Assembly (NCBI GenBank): GCA_051005375.1
Contig: JBPCJK010000151.1
Span: 1-45,592 of the forward strand
Source of the DNA: Acidimicrobiales bacterium
GTDB taxonomy: Bacteria; Actinomycetota; Acidimicrobiia; Acidimicrobiales; CADCSY01
Reading direction: 5' to 3'
DNA: 45,592 nucleotides
Shown piece by piece: positions 45,491 to 45,592 of the stretch; the stretch's first letter is position 1; each line of letters starts with the position of its first letter. Under the pieces are notes generated by a model. That model saw nothing but the letters and a program-made list of their open reading frames with translations. It was not told the origin of the DNA and did not search any database. Made by a program: the position numbers and the translations under genes.

Positions 45491-45592
45491 TCATGCCGCC
45501 TTCTTCTCGGCCGCTCGTTCGTGAGGCAGCTTGAGGTCGATCGGCCCGGCGGCGAGCATGACCAGGGCGAGAGCGGCGTCAGCAGAGTGGAA
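45491..45592 (-). CDS. partial CDS (C-terminal 33 codons), unknown function
   Basis: Open frame to the window edge reads ...FHSADAALALVMLAAGPIDLKLPHERAAEKKAA* with GC3-rich codons. GC returns to the high level here. Confidence 0.3.
   Translation of the reverse strand, partial: FHSADAALALVMLAAGPIDLKLPHERAAEKKAA

Overview
High-GC, Actinomycetota-like chromosomal window. GC values here are eyeball estimates: about 70% overall, with three patches near 50%. The backbone is core metabolism: sdhAB, mdh, lon, icd, metF, folD, purH, purN and sucDC. It also carries a ChlI-like AAA+/VWA pair, a GH2 hydrolase and an imuA'-imuB mutasome operon.

Accessory content is dense. There are three type II TA pairs (hepT-mntA, RHH-mazF, and vapBC with a truncated toxin), a Uma2 nuclease and a decayed IS21 remnant. 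Low-GC cassettes encode secreted or membrane proteins.

Most notable observations:
- Two tandem single-motif LAGLIDADG endonuclease genes with zinc-knuckle tails start about 11 nt after an intact tRNA-Ala(GGC).
- A diverged ~2 kb tandem duplication (imuA' 5' end through a membrane-gene 3' end) has different two-gene cassettes inside each copy.
- A GAF-sensor / ParA-like ATPase / cNMP-binding patatin operon holds most of the frame disruptions in the window.
- A 35-nt palindrome-containing repeat sits in frame inside the VWA gene and again between purH and folD.
- There is a 10-bp tandem array next to the IS remnant, and an acidic repeat ORF lies in front of a JmjC gene that has no start codon.

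Many disruptions are single-base homopolymer indels, so assembly error versus real decay must be resolved with reads.
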